This document shows, piece after piece, positions 46,803-57,153 of a DNA stretch of 64,000 bases. Below the pieces are notes generated by a model. That model made no database searches, was not told where the DNA came from, and saw only the letters and a list, made by a program, of their open reading frames with translations. This DNA comes from Bdellovibrionota bacterium (GTDB lineage Bacteria > Bdellovibrionota > UBA2428). Within the stretch, counting starts at the first letter, position 1; each line of letters opens with the position of its first letter. Where the stretch lies: NCBI GenBank assembly GCA_964202055.1, contig CAXNGS010000001.1, positions 358,439 to 422,438 on the forward strand, given 5' to 3'. The translations under genes were made by a program, and so were the position numbers.

Positions 46803-48521
46803 CTAATTTTCTAACTGAGTCATCCGAACAATTTCTTCGAGACTCGTCTTGCCTTCTAATAATTTCTCAATCGCCGAATGTCGCAAACTCTTCATGCCTT
46901 GCTTCACCGCAATCTTGCGAATGTTGTTGGCGTCGGATCCGGTTAGAATCAAACCCTTCAAATCTTCGGTGATGACCATCAATTCGTGAATCGCCGATCG
47001 ACCGCGATAGCCAGTCAGTCGACATTCCGAACATCCGGCCGCGCGCTTGAATTTAGGATTCGCTTCTTTGAAGGTGTTTAGAAGTTCTTCGCGGCTAATT
47101 CCAGCGTTCTTCAGAATTTCATTGGTGGGTGTGTATTCTTCCGAGCAAGTTAGGCAAACTAGTCGAATCAGTCGCTGAGCCAATACGCCAACTAACGACG
47201 AACTCACTAAGAAGGGCTCGATGCCCATGTCAACGAGCCGAGTGACCGCGCCGGGCGCATCGTTGGTGTGCAGGGTCGATAACACTAAGTGACCAGTGAG
47301 TGACGCGTTGATCGCGATTTCGGCAGTTTCCTTGTCTCGAATTTCTCCGACCATCACCACATCGGGATCTTGTCGCAAAATCGCGCGCAAGCCGCCCGCA
47401 AAAGTTAGTCCCACTTTTGGATTCACCGCAATTTGCGCGACGCCCGGTAATTGATACTCGACTGGGTCTTCGACCGTGATGATGTTTCGTTCGGGCGAAG
47501 AAATGTTTTTGAGCGCCGCCGAAAGGGTGGTGGATTTACCGGAACCGGTTGGCCCGGTGACCAAAAAGATTCCGTATTTGCGATTGGTGAGTTCTTTAAT
47601 CTGGCGCTCGATTTTGATGTTGAAGCCAAGTGACGGCAAATCCAAAACCACGCTCGATTTGTCTAACAAACGCATGACCAGTCTTTCGCCAAACACCGTG
47701 GGCACGACTGACAAACGAATATCGATTTCCCGATTGGCAAGTTTCACTTTCACACGACCGTCTTGGGGCGTGCGCTTTTCAGCGATGTTTAATTCGGCCA
47801 TGACCTTAACCCGCGAAGAAATCGCGGCGTGCAAACGCTTAGAGGCGGTGGTCTTGTCATATAAAATGCCGTCGATCCGAAAGCGCACGACTACGTTTTT
47901 TTCGAAGGGCTCGATGTGAATGTCGGAAGCTTTTTCTTTCACGGCTTGAAACAAAAGACTGTTCACGAAACGAATGACTTTGGATTCTTCGTCAGTCGAC
48001 TCCAACAAATCAATCGTTTCCGACAGATTCATTTCCAAGTCTTCTTCGTCTTCTTCGATTTCCGAGATCGCGTTTTCCGATCGCTCGAAAACTCGGTTGA
48101 TCGCGTCGTCGAGCCGAATGTGAGTCGTTAGAACGATGTCGACCGATTTTTTAAAAGCCATCCGCAGCGCTTCGATTGGTTGGTAACGAAAGGGATCGGA
48201 AACACAAACGGTCAACCGGTCATCACTTTCGGAAATCGGCAGCAATTGATTTTCGCGGCAATAATGAATGCTCAGGTTTTTGACTAACAAAGGATCGATT
48301 TCATCGGGCTTGATGTCGTTGACAAAGGGAATCCCCAATTGAATCGCTAATGCTTTAGCAATGTCTTCGGGCTTAAGTAATTTTTTCTCGATTAAAATTT
48401 CGCCCAATTTTTTTTGGGTGGTGCGCTGCTCTTGCAAAACTTCTTGCAAGTCTTTTTCTTTTAGCCCGGCGTTTTGGACCAAGATCCAACCGAGTTTGCT
48501 TTCGAGTGATTGATAAGCCAT
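46803..48521 (-). CDS. gspE: Type II secretion ATPase GspE
   Basis: ASDIHIEP, TGPTGSGKSTT, TVEDPVEY, LRQDPDVVMVGEIRD, TGHLVLSTLHTN, tetra-Cys motif. Confidence 0.95.
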   Translation of the reverse strand: MAYQSLESKLGWILVQNAGLKEKDLQEVLQEQRTTQKKLGEILIEKKLLKPEDIAKALAIQLGIPFVNDIKPDEIDPLLVKNLSIHYCRENQLLPISESDDRLTVCVSDPFRYQPIEALRMAFKKSVDIVLTTHIRLDDAINRVFERSENAISEIEEDEEDLEMNLSETIDLLESTDEESKVIRFVNSLLFQAVKEKASDIHIEPFEKNVVVRFRIDGILYDKTTASKRLHAAISSRVKVMAELNIAEKRTPQDGRVKVKLANREIDIRLSVVPTVFGERLVMRLLDKSSVVLDLPSLGFNIKIERQIKELTNRKYGIFLVTGPTGSGKSTTLSAALKNISSPERNIITVEDPVEYQLPGVAQIAVNPKVGLTFAGGLRAILRQDPDVVMVGEIRDKETAEIAINASLTGHLVLSTLHTNDAPGAVTRLVDMGIEPFLVSSSLVGVLAQRLIRLVCLTCSEEYTPTNEILKNAGISREELLNTFKEANPKFKRAAGCSECRLTGYRGRSAIHELMVITEDLKGLILTGSDANNIRKIAVKQGMKSLRHSAIEKLLEGKTSLEEIVRMTQLEN

Positions 48522-50998
48522 TAGTTCCCCTCGGGCGAGGCAAGCGCATCGGGGAACGATTGGTCGATGTTAGTGGGTTCAACGGGCATATCGCCACTTC
48601 CGCTTTGTAAATCCAAAGGCTCGGCCATCAAGTCTGGTTTTTGAGGAACCACAGTAGGTTCCTCGCCTTCAAGTCCATCCTGACTAATGTATGAAGATTT
48701 ACCGGAGCCGCCCTTAGAGTTTGATGGCGCAAATCCATGAGCTTCCCGATCTTCGGTGCCGGCGCGAATTTTTTTCTTAAACTTGGCGACATTGTCCTTT
48801 TGTCGATCCTCGGGATTACTTGCAAGTTTTCCGACTTCTTGACGCTCGTTTAAAACTTGATCGGTGATAACGGCTAAATCTGAATAATTGTTGATCACAC
48901 GGGGAGTTAAAAAAATCGCCATGTAAGAACGACTGCTATCAGAAGTCGATCCGCTAAATAAGCGACCGATGATAGGGATGTCGCCCAAGAGCGGAATCTT
49001 GCTTTGAGTGTCAGAGCTGGCTTGTTTTTGCAATCCGCCGATCACCACAGTGTCGCCGTTTTTAACAGTGACCACCGTTTTAGCCTTGCGCTGAGTGGTG
49101 TCGAGTTGTCCGGCGGCATCGGGAGCCGGAGCAAAGTCGTCCATCGTTTGCTCGACTTCGAGTTTGATCAAATCCGAACCTTCACCAATGTGCGGTTTGA
49201 TTTTTAGAGAAACTTCCACGTTTTCTTTGTTCAAGGTTTGAGTGGCGATCGGAGTGGTGCCGCCAGTTGAGCCATTTAGTAGCGTGGTCTTTTTCTGAGT
49301 CACTTTGATTTCCGAGTCTTCATTGTCGGATGTTAAAATCTGCGGTTGCTGCATGATTTGGGCTTGAGTCGATTCAACCAAAGCGCTGATCAAGGAAACG
49401 ACAGAATTGAGTTTGATTTTTTTTCCGTTAGGTAATGTTTGCGTGAATTTTTTTCCAGCACCGAATCCGGCAACTAAACCAGTGAGCCCGGTGGGGCTGC
49501 CCAAAATTTTTGAAAGCGATGTCGGAGCGGTCGACGGATAAAATCCGCCTGCAGCCAACACGCCCGGAGTCGAAACGTTGGTGATAACTCCTAAGTCTTT
49601 CGAGCCATCCAACTTAATTTCCATGATCGTGGCTTCCACGTAAACCTGGCGACGGGGAGCATCGAGCTGGGCCAAAATGCGTTTCAGCGACGAAAAGTCC
49701 GAGGCCGATCCTACGACGATCAAAGAGTTGGTAGCTTTGTCAGCCGTGATTTTTAAATTGCCATCAAACTGCACGCCATCAACGCTACTGGCTGCCCCAA
49801 TGCTGGGGCTCGAGTCGTTGCCGATGCCCGGGCGAGGTGCCGCGCCACGAACTTCATTGCCCTTAGAATTGCTCGATAAAATTTTACCGAGAGTTTCCGA
49901 AAGTTTTTCGGCGTCCGCTTGCTTGCAAAAATAAATGTGCAAATTTCCGCCGCCCGCGGCGTTCGGAGTGTCGAGTTTGTTGACGAGGTTTCGCAATTCT
50001 TGAATCCCGCGACCGTTGGCCAAGACCACTAAACTATTGGTGCGTTCATCGGGCACGATTTTCGAAATGACTCCGCCGCCCCGAGTTTTTTGCTTGGTGC
50101 CACTTCGACGAATGGTGCTCGAGCGACTTCGAGTGGGATTTTGGGCGTCCAAAATATCTTCGATGAGTTTCGAGATGTCTTTGGCGCTGGCGTAGCGAAT
50201 TGGAATGTTTTCTAATTGCTCGCTTTGGCCCGAGACGTCGATCGATTTTAAAATCGCAATGATTCGGCGCAAATTGAGTCCGGTGTCAGTCATGACCAAA
50301 GTGTTGGTGTCGGGATAAGCCGCGACTCGGCCAGTGCGCGGGACTAATTCTTGAACGAAGCGATAAGTTTCTTCAGCGTTCAAGTGCGTGAGTGGATACA
50401 AAACGGTGACTATTTCAGCACTCGGCGGCGCATAGTCGCCCATGAAAACGCGAGTGTTGGATTGGTATGCGGATTTCGAGTCGATGATTTTTAAAAATTT
50501 TCCTTCAGAAACCATCGTCAAATCGTTCATGTACAAAGCCGATAAAAACGCATTGTAAGCTTCTTGATTGGTGACCGCGACCGGAGAAATGATGGTGATT
50601 CGACGGTTTTCAATTTTTTTGTCCAAAATAAAATTTTTCTTGGCTAATTTAGAAATCGCTTTGATGATTTGCTTCAATTCTGCATCGGGAAAATCGATGG
50701 TGCCGTAGAGTTCATTTTTCATAGAATCATCAAGCTCGACGTAATCGCCGATCATGATTTCCTTAACGAAAGAACTATCGGGTGGCGGCGCACCTTTAGG
50801 CGCACCCGGAGCCGGGCTGCTGCTTGAGCTCATCCCGGCACCCGGCATACTAAGTCCCGCACCCGGCACTGACGGCTCGGAATAATCTTCTTCGTCCTCG
50901 GAATCTTGGCTCCAAGATCTGACGGCCAGCAAAGCTAGTAGCGCTAAGAGCACCATCGAAAGAAAGCTAAATTGTTTGGCAGCGTTTTGTGTTTTCAT
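48521..50998 (-). CDS. gspD: Type II secretion secretin GspD
   Basis: N0-N3 domains (DERTNSLVV, DKATNSLIV), QVYVEATIME, KIPLLGDIPIIGRLF, IFLTPRVI. Confidence 0.95.
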   Translation of the reverse strand: MKTQNAAKQFSFLSMVLLALLALLAVRSWSQDSEDEEDYSEPSVPGAGLSMPGAGMSSSSSPAPGAPKGAPPPDSSFVKEIMIGDYVELDDSMKNELYGTIDFPDAELKQIIKAISKLAKKNFILDKKIENRRITIISPVAVTNQEAYNAFLSALYMNDLTMVSEGKFLKIIDSKSAYQSNTRVFMGDYAPPSAEIVTVLYPLTHLNAEETYRFVQELVPRTGRVAAYPDTNTLVMTDTGLNLRRIIAILKSIDVSGQSEQLENIPIRYASAKDISKLIEDILDAQNPTRSRSSTIRRSGTKQKTRGGGVISKIVPDERTNSLVVLANGRGIQELRNLVNKLDTPNAAGGGNLHIYFCKQADAEKLSETLGKILSSNSKGNEVRGAAPRPGIGNDSSPSIGAASSVDGVQFDGNLKITADKATNSLIVVGSASDFSSLKRILAQLDAPRRQVYVEATIMEIKLDGSKDLGVITNVSTPGVLAAGGFYPSTAPTSLSKILGSPTGLTGLVAGFGAGKKFTQTLPNGKKIKLNSVVSLISALVESTQAQIMQQPQILTSDNEDSEIKVTQKKTTLLNGSTGGTTPIATQTLNKENVEVSLKIKPHIGEGSDLIKLEVEQTMDDFAPAPDAAGQLDTTQRKAKTVVTVKNGDTVVIGGLQKQASSDTQSKIPLLGDIPIIGRLFSGSTSDSSRSYMAIFLTPRVINNYSDLAVITDQVLNERQEVGKLASNPEDRQKDNVAKFKKKIRAGTEDREAHGFAPSNSKGGSGKSSYISQDGLEGEEPTVVPQKPDLMAEPLDLQSGSGDMPVEPTNIDQSFPDALASPEGN

Positions 50999-51048
50999 CG
51001 ATTCATCCTCAAACTGAAGTCATTGGCTTTTTTCATCTCTTCAATCCT

Positions 51049-52113
51049 TTATCGTATGGAGTAGGTCTGGGTTACGTCTTGGCCGTTTCGATTCATAGTG
51101 ATTGCAATTTTGTCTTGGGTTCTAAGCGACACGAAAAGTTCTTGGGCTTTGGCGACTGAATTCATGGGCTCGCCGTTGACGCCGGTGATAACGTCACCGA
51201 CTTGCACGCCTAAGGATTCGTATACCGAGCCGGGTTTGATCGTGAGAATTTTAAAACCCTTGAGTTCCCCGTCTTCACGCTGCGGAACCGCGTGGGCTTC
51301 GGTCAAGAGCATCGGGTCTTCAAGTTTTTTATTTAAAATATCGCGAGAGATATTAAATTCAGTATCGGAAACTCGATCGATGCCCGGAGTGTTGGAGGGT
51401 TGGAGGCTAACTTTGGTGGTCGCGGCGGGCGGCGGCGTTTGGAATTGGAAAAAATCTTGGGGCAATTCGATGTATTGCAAAGCTCCGGTGCCGATCATGA
51501 AACACACCCGGCCTTGGCGAATTTCATACACTTCGCCGACGCCACCCATTGCATCGCCCTTTTGTAGAGCGACGGTTTCGCTTCCGCGCTGAATGGTTGC
51601 GACCGAATATTTGGGGTCACTCAAAACGATCGTGCCGATTAATTTTAAGCTTCCGCTCGCTAAGGGTTTCGCCATTCCGCAATCTTTGGGCCGTTGCAAT
51701 TTTGAAATGTCGGGAATCGGGCAACCCGGACAAAAGGGATTGGCGGTTAAAATTAAATTGTATTCTTCGAAATTTCGCACGTAGGGGTCCAGGTTCACCA
51801 CTCGACGAGTGGGGGCGGGAGCCGAAGTACTGCCGGCCGGAAATTTTTTGCCCAAATAATTTCCGAGTCCGCTCATTGCCAAATCGGCGACTAAAATTCC
51901 GCTTAAAGCCCACAAAACCCATTCGAATCTTTGCAGCCGCCCAAAAATTTCTTCAAGTCCCGGCAAACGCAAAAGCCCGCGATGAGCCATTGGGCCAATC
52001 GTGCCACCGGCACTTCGCAAACTATCGGCCAGTCGCAGATTTCGGCTCCGAGCGCGCAACGCCACAACTTTTTCGCGGAGTCCGTCGACCAGTTCTTTGA
52101 ATGTTTCGCGCAT
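51049..52113 (-). CDS. gspC: Type II secretion protein GspC (HR + PDZ domains)
   Basis: TM helix, NPF, LKLIGT, PDZ GFKILTIKPGS.YESLG.QVGDVI..VNG. Confidence 0.9.
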   Translation of the reverse strand: MRETFKELVDGLREKVVALRARSRNLRLADSLRSAGGTIGPMAHRGLLRLPGLEEIFGRLQRFEWVLWALSGILVADLAMSGLGNYLGKKFPAGSTSAPAPTRRVVNLDPYVRNFEEYNLILTANPFCPGCPIPDISKLQRPKDCGMAKPLASGSLKLIGTIVLSDPKYSVATIQRGSETVALQKGDAMGGVGEVYEIRQGRVCFMIGTGALQYIELPQDFFQFQTPPPAATTKVSLQPSNTPGIDRVSDTEFNISRDILNKKLEDPMLLTEAHAVPQREDGELKGFKILTIKPGSVYESLGVQVGDVITGVNGEPMNSVAKAQELFVSLRTQDKIAITMNRNGQDVTQTYSIR

Positions 52114-52282
52114 ATCAGGTTTATAAGAGCAAGAACAATGCCAAGTCTCAGCACGCCCTAGTCTTTGAGCTGATGAAAGATCGCAAAGGTGGTGGCAGAG
52201 AGTGCGCTGAATTAGCTATAAAATATTGCGGCGCGTCTGACAGCTTGTCAGTCAAATTTTCTATCCCTGGCGCGCGCGCAAA

Positions 52283-53290
52283 GTGGCTAAACTTATACAG
52301 GTGTCTTTAGGTGGAAAAATCAGCGTAAAAAAATTATGCCTGCTAACGGCCGCCGCGTGCTTTGTACATGCGTCCGAATCCAAGGCCGCGCCGATGGCAT
52401 CGGTGGGTGCTAAGACTTACGTTGCAAAAAATTCCAAAATTTGGACCGAACCAAATCGTTTTGGCGAAGCCATCGCAGAACTCAAAGCCGGATTACCAGT
52501 CGAAGTTTTAGATTACGACGCTTCACGAATTTGGGTTCTTGTGCGAACGCCCTCGGGCCGCGAAGGGTGGATGCCCCTGCGTTTTACTTCGCAAGACTCA
52601 CGTCGCACCCAGCCGATGATTTCCCACAAGGTCGAAAAAAGTGATCGCGCACCCGCCAGTTCTTTTGAAGAAACGGTCGAGGCCGAAGAAAAAGCCGAAA
52701 AGGTCGGCGAAAGTTCCACTGCCAGTCGAGGTCCGGCTATGGATTTTTCCCTAGGATATTCCAATCAACTAAGCGTGGAAAACGCTCACGGTTTAGGCCT
52801 GGGCGTTAGCATCAGCTTTGAAATCGATTCGGATTTTTACTGGGGCGCGGGGTTGAATTGGAAACTTCATTCAAAAAGTGTCACCGGAACTTGTTTCACT
52901 GACAACGAATGCCAAGTCTCTCGTCAGTCGCAAAGAATTTATCCAAGCGTTCATGTCCAAATGCGCAAGAGTGCTTTTGCTTTGAGCGCGAACTTAGGAT
53001 TGGCTTGGGATCACACCGGCATCACCACGAAAAACCTAACGACCGGAGTGATCGAGCAAACAGACGATAGCGGAAATAAACTCACCGGATCGGGCAATGA
53101 ATTTCGATTGGGCTTCGGCGTGCGCGCGGCTTACACTTTTAGAGTCGGCGCTTCGATGGCGTTAGGGCCCTATGTAGATTATGATCTCGATCTGGCCCTT
53201 TCAGACGGCAGCGGCGAATTTGCAGGCACAGCTTCCGGAAAAGTTTTTCATTACTTCGGTGGTGGAGTGCTTCTGCAAACGGTTTTTTAG
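52283..53290 (+). CDS. Secreted SH3b domain + outer-membrane beta-barrel protein (start possibly GTG 52301)
   Basis: Signal peptide, WVLVRTPSGREGW SH3 motif, amphipathic strands, C-terminal Phe. Confidence 0.7.
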   Translation: MAKLIQVSLGGKISVKKLCLLTAAACFVHASESKAAPMASVGAKTYVAKNSKIWTEPNRFGEAIAELKAGLPVEVLDYDASRIWVLVRTPSGREGWMPLRFTSQDSRRTQPMISHKVEKSDRAPASSFEETVEAEEKAEKVGESSTASRGPAMDFSLGYSNQLSVENAHGLGLGVSISFEIDSDFYWGAGLNWKLHSKSVTGTCFTDNECQVSRQSQRIYPSVHVQMRKSAFALSANLGLAWDHTGITTKNLTTGVIEQTDDSGNKLTGSGNEFRLGFGVRAAYTFRVGASMALGPYVDYDLDLALSDGSGEFAGTASGKVFHYFGGGVLLQTVF

Positions 53291-53296
53291 AAAAAT

Positions 53297-53710
53297 ATGA
53301 AAGCATTTACTGAATACCTTTGGTTTGAAACGACCAATAAAAAAGAAATTGTCCACATCACTCCCCAAGTCGAAGCACTGGTTGCGCGTTCGGGCGTGAG
53401 CGAAGGTTATTGCTTGGTTTCGGCAATGCACATCACCGCCAGCATTTTTGTCAACGATATGGAAAGTGGCCTTCATCACGATATTTTAAAATGGGTTGAA
53501 GGTGTTGCGCCAGTCGATTCAACTTATCAGCATCATCACACCGGCGAAGACAATGGCGATGCCCACTTAAAAAGACTCCTTTGCGGACACCAGGCGATAC
53601 TGCCGGTGACCAATGGCCATTTGGATTTGGGACCGTGGGAACAAGTTTTCTACGGCGAATGGGACGGCCAACGTCGCAAACGTGTGGTCATTAAAATCGT
53701 CGGAATTTAA
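53297..53710 (+). CDS. yjbQ: YjbQ/UPF0047 family protein
   Basis: HITAS..VND, HH.TGEDNGDAHLK, LDLGPWEQVFYGEWDG.R. Confidence 0.92.
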   Translation: MKAFTEYLWFETTNKKEIVHITPQVEALVARSGVSEGYCLVSAMHITASIFVNDMESGLHHDILKWVEGVAPVDSTYQHHHTGEDNGDAHLKRLLCGHQAILPVTNGHLDLGPWEQVFYGEWDGQRRKRVVIKIVGI

Positions 53711-53733
53711 TCGGCAGAAAAAATCAAATCGGA

Positions 53734-54291
53734 TCAATTGTCGGTCGCGACTACTGAAGTTTTTTCGGGGCGCGAAATCGCAATGGCTGCCGGGGGCGAT
53801 AAAATCAGGCCCATCCAATTCCAAGCCGCAATTGCCCAATCGCCAATGCTCTCTTCTTTGCGATAACTGATCTTTAAAAGTTTGCGCTGCGTGGGATCCA
53901 CATAAAGCAAAATCTCTTCGTTTTTTTCGCGGTAGCGCAAAATCAGCCGACCATCCGAAACGTTCAACGGCAGCAACTTAAACTTAGCCGTTCGGCGAAA
54001 AAGCTGGCCGTCTTTCCACAATTTGACTTCAATTTTTCGAACTGGGTTGGCCAGAGTTTCAAGGTCGAACTCTAGGTGGTCAAAAGGCAGCTCGGTTCTT
54101 GTGGCTAATTCATTGGCCTTTTGTCTGGCTAAGTTTTGCTGGGTTGGAATTTGGGCTCGAAAAACATCAGTGGCCATTGCCTGAGAGGGCTTCAAAAGCG
54201 GAGCGGCGATTAAAATCGCAAAGCTTAGAGACAAGCCTAAAGAAGCGGCCAATCCGGGCCCTGGGTTCAGAAACGGCGTCCTTGCCATCAT
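53734..54291 (-). CDS. Secreted hypothetical protein
   Basis: Signal-peptide-like N-terminus (AMA|T); 185 aa. Confidence 0.55.
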   Translation of the reverse strand: MMARTPFLNPGPGLAASLGLSLSFAILIAAPLLKPSQAMATDVFRAQIPTQQNLARQKANELATRTELPFDHLEFDLETLANPVRKIEVKLWKDGQLFRRTAKFKLLPLNVSDGRLILRYREKNEEILLYVDPTQRKLLKISYRKEESIGDWAIAAWNWMGLILSPPAAIAISRPEKTSVVATDN

Positions 54292-54371
54292 GGCGCAAGT
54301 CTAATTGATGCATTGCATTAATACAAGGCTTTCAATTTAAACTAGCAAAAAACAAAAATAAAAACAGATAT

Positions 54372-54830
54372 TTAGATAACAATCTTGTAGTGCGCTGTGA
54401 GCTCTAAAATCAGCCTGGAATCGCGAAAAGCTTTGGCTTTGAAGCTGGCTTTAGCCCGACCCTTGGACTTCAATTGCTCGGCGATTTGCTGGGCTTCAAT
54501 CGGGTCCACTTCGACTTTGAATTCAGCATCGCCATCGCCCGGCGAAACATAATGGATTTGTGAATCCGTGATCACGATGTTTTTGGTGCTTAAATTTAAG
54601 CGGCTCAAAATTCCCAAAAGGGTCGAGTAACAAGTCAGGGCCCCGGCCGAAAAAAGGCTGCCCCCAAAAAGCGTCCCCACATGGTTGGTGTTTCCCGATA
54701 GCGGCAATTGGGCGCGGGTTCTCAGCGAGCTGAGCTCCATTATTTGAAAGTTCAAATGGTTGGGTCCCGAGAGCGGAATTTCTCGATGGAGTTTGCTTTG
54801 GATGGCTAAGGCTTCTTCGCTTGAAGGCAT
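54372..54830 (-). CDS. Hotdog-fold thioesterase (YiiD C-terminal-like)
   Basis: LHREIPLS, PLS.N.NH.GT.FGGSL, SQIHY.SP. Start at ATG 54830 because the longer ORF runs into the tRNA. Confidence 0.8.
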   Translation of the reverse strand: MPSSEEALAIQSKLHREIPLSGPNHLNFQIMELSSLRTRAQLPLSGNTNHVGTLFGGSLFSAGALTCYSTLLGILSRLNLSTKNIVITDSQIHYVSPGDGDAEFKVEVDPIEAQQIAEQLKSKGRAKASFKAKAFRDSRLILELTAHYKIVI

Positions 54831-54921
54831 AAATCTCACTTTACAGCATTTTAGTGGGCTTTTTAGAAGTTCAACTAAAGAAGCGACTAGCTTAATTTTC
54901 CGCTTTGTTATAAGACCATGC

Positions 54922-54976
<55 letters not shown>

Positions 54977-54998
<22 letters not shown>

Positions 54999-56704
54999 AT
55001 TCTATCAATAAGCGAACCCCCGACCTTTCGGTTAGGAGTTCGCTTTATTCTTTTGTAGTTTTCAATACTTCGATCCTCTTCCACTGCAGAAGCTGGATCT
55101 AAAAGTCTGTTAGATTTCATTTCGCAGCCGGTTTCCGAGCTTTTTTCATCCACTCGATAGTGCAGTTCCAGTCCGTTGTAGCTCGCTACGATATTCCTAA
55201 AAACACTTCGTATAAGTCTACGTTGAATGTGAGGCGTAGCTTTTTTCCACCCACGTTGGAACTCATCGGTGTTTTTCTGGATGCGAGAAACAGCTTCCTC
55301 AACGGTTGTCTGATCCTCGATGGTCAGCTCAATTTCATTCAGACGCCCTTGGCTATGTTTTTTCTGTTCCGCGAGTGTCTTGATCTTGTCCCTGAAAACA
55401 TAATCCACGGTCGCATCGTTCATCGAAAGTTGGAGTTCAATAACCTTCTTTGTTTCCATCTCGATGTTCGATAGCCGTCCACGCAATGCGGTCTTCTCGG
55501 TCAGATGATCGCGGTGGCTTTGCCCAAGAATGACTTCATACCTGGCTTCAATACCGTCCATGTATCCTTCTCTGTGGAGCGTTTCATTCAAGTGCTTTAC
55601 TATCGCATCCTCAACGTCGTCGGCCCTGATCCAATCAATCGGGCAAGTAATTTCCTGTCCCTTGAGCTTGCGGTGGCGATAATAGCGATGCACTTTGACT
55701 TTGCCATGAGCGGCGGATCCCATAAGCGGACCTCCGCAGGACTTACAGCGTAGAATCCCCGACAAAAGAAACACTCGGGTTTCCTTGTTTGCAAGGCGAG
55801 TCCGCTCCTGTTCCAGTGCAAGATCAAGATTCCTCTGTGCCGCTGTCCAGACCTCTTGTTCAACAATGGCAGGCCATGATGCCTTAACGACTTGGTAACG
55901 CTCAAAGAGGCGGAGTGTCTCCGGGTCTTTATTCTTACTCTTGCGGTTGATATCTCTAAGTCCCGCATAGGCCGGGTTACGCAGGACCAGAAGCACAGCA
56001 TTGCGTGTCCACTTGCCCTCGTTCCTTAGGCTGAAGTTTCTCTCGGGACGAGCCCTGGGAGTGATATGCTCACGGTTCAGTCTGTCGGCAGCTTTCGCAC
56101 AAGTTCCTTCTTCTAGGAAAATCCGAAAAACATCTCTTACTCGTACAGCCTCTTCTTCATTGACCTTGAACGTTGCTTTGTTGGACTTATCAATATCAAA
56201 GCCCAGGATAACGTGTCCCCCATTGCGGAGCCCCCGAAGGGCTCGCGCATGGAAGTTCATCGAGACACGTTCTGATGTCTGTTTGCGCTCGAATTGCGCA
56301 AGGTTAATCATGTTGAAGACCATCATTTCGCCTGCGGCGGTCGTCGTGTCGAATTGCTCTTTGATCGAAAGGAACTTTGCGCTCGCCTTTTTCAGGTCTT
56401 CTAGCAGGATGCAGAAATCGAGAATGTTACGCGAAAGACGCGCAAGATCAGTCACCAAAATGAGGTTGATCTTACCTTTTCGTATATCGCGCATCATTCG
56501 CTGAAATTCAGGGCGCTTGGTGTCCTTCGCAGAAATTCCGTCATCAACGTAAGTTTCGACAACCTTTCCCCACGCGGGGTCTTGGACGTTCTTGATGTCT
56601 ACAAAGGACATCAATCGGTGTTTTTGGTTGTCGAGCGACCCTTCGTGGCGGGCCGCTTGCTCGTCGGTGCTGACTCTCAGGTAGAGGCCTATCTTATGCC
56701 GCAT
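54977..56704 (-). CDS. Large serine recombinase (resolvase + recombinase + Zn-ribbon/coiled coil)
   Basis: YLRVSTDEQ catalytic Ser, DDGISAK..KRP, DLARLSR, AQFER..TSER, LRNPAYAG, LSGILRCKSCG. Confidence 0.95.
55010..55054 (+). terminator. Probable intrinsic terminator for tRNA-fMet, inside the recombinase 3' end
   Basis: Stem aagcgaac...gttcgctt with inner gacc-tttc-ggtt, followed by tattctttt. Confidence 0.5.
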
Positions 56705-56900
56705 TTTTTAGCTCCTCCTCAGATTCGCTTTTCTTTGGGCGTCCTCGTTTGTGGGCGCTGACAAATAGCACCGCAAGGAGGGACTTGATTTCTTGTTTTC
56801 TCAGTTCGTAGCTCACCTGGTCTTCTGGTGCAGGAATCAATTGGACGCGCGGCCAGTTAGCAGGAAGACGGCGTACCGCCTTCTTGAGCTTTCGTGCCAT
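56694..56900 (-). CDS. Small basic protein overlapping the recombinase start (candidate directionality factor)
   Basis: 68 aa, GGAG SD sequence, KRGRPKK motif; function inferred from position only. Confidence 0.55.
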   Translation of the reverse strand: MARKLKKAVRRLPANWPRVQLIPAPEDQVSYELRKQEIKSLLAVLFVSAHKRGRPKKSESEEELKNAA

Positions 56901-56925
56901 TTTCACGCTCCATTTTTGGATAAAC

Positions 56926-57150
56926 TTAAACAACATCGTAGTTCCTCAAGCGTTCGATAAACTCCGTAGCTTTTTTTGCCGGAAGATCATCAAGAAATCG
57001 GAGAAGCCGAATTGCTAGTTTGTTAGGACGGCGCACTCCATTCTCGATATTCATGATGCTCCCATAGCCGGAGAGCCCCAGAAGATCCGCAAACTCCACG
57101 GGCGAAAGTCCGAGTTTTTCTCGGATGCGGCGGACCTCATCGGGGTTCAC
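56926..57150 (-). CDS. XRE-family HTH regulator
   Basis: VRRIREKLGLSPVEFADLLG...IMNIENGVRRP. Confidence 0.88.
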   Translation of the reverse strand: MNPDEVRRIREKLGLSPVEFADLLGLSGYGSIMNIENGVRRPNKLAIRLLRFLDDLPAKKATEFIERLRNYDVV

Positions 57151-57153
57151 TTA

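Noticed and set aside
40206-48521. Type IV pilus operon (pilM/pilB/pilC)
   Set aside because: A GspG with YPTTEQGL/DPW, GspK, a PDZ-containing GspC and the C-D-E-F-G-H-I-J-K-L-M-N order identify a T2SS.
47476-52100. Plus-strand ORFs of 147-183 aa inside gspE and gspC
   Set aside because: Antisense shadows of well-conserved genes, with no motifs of their own.
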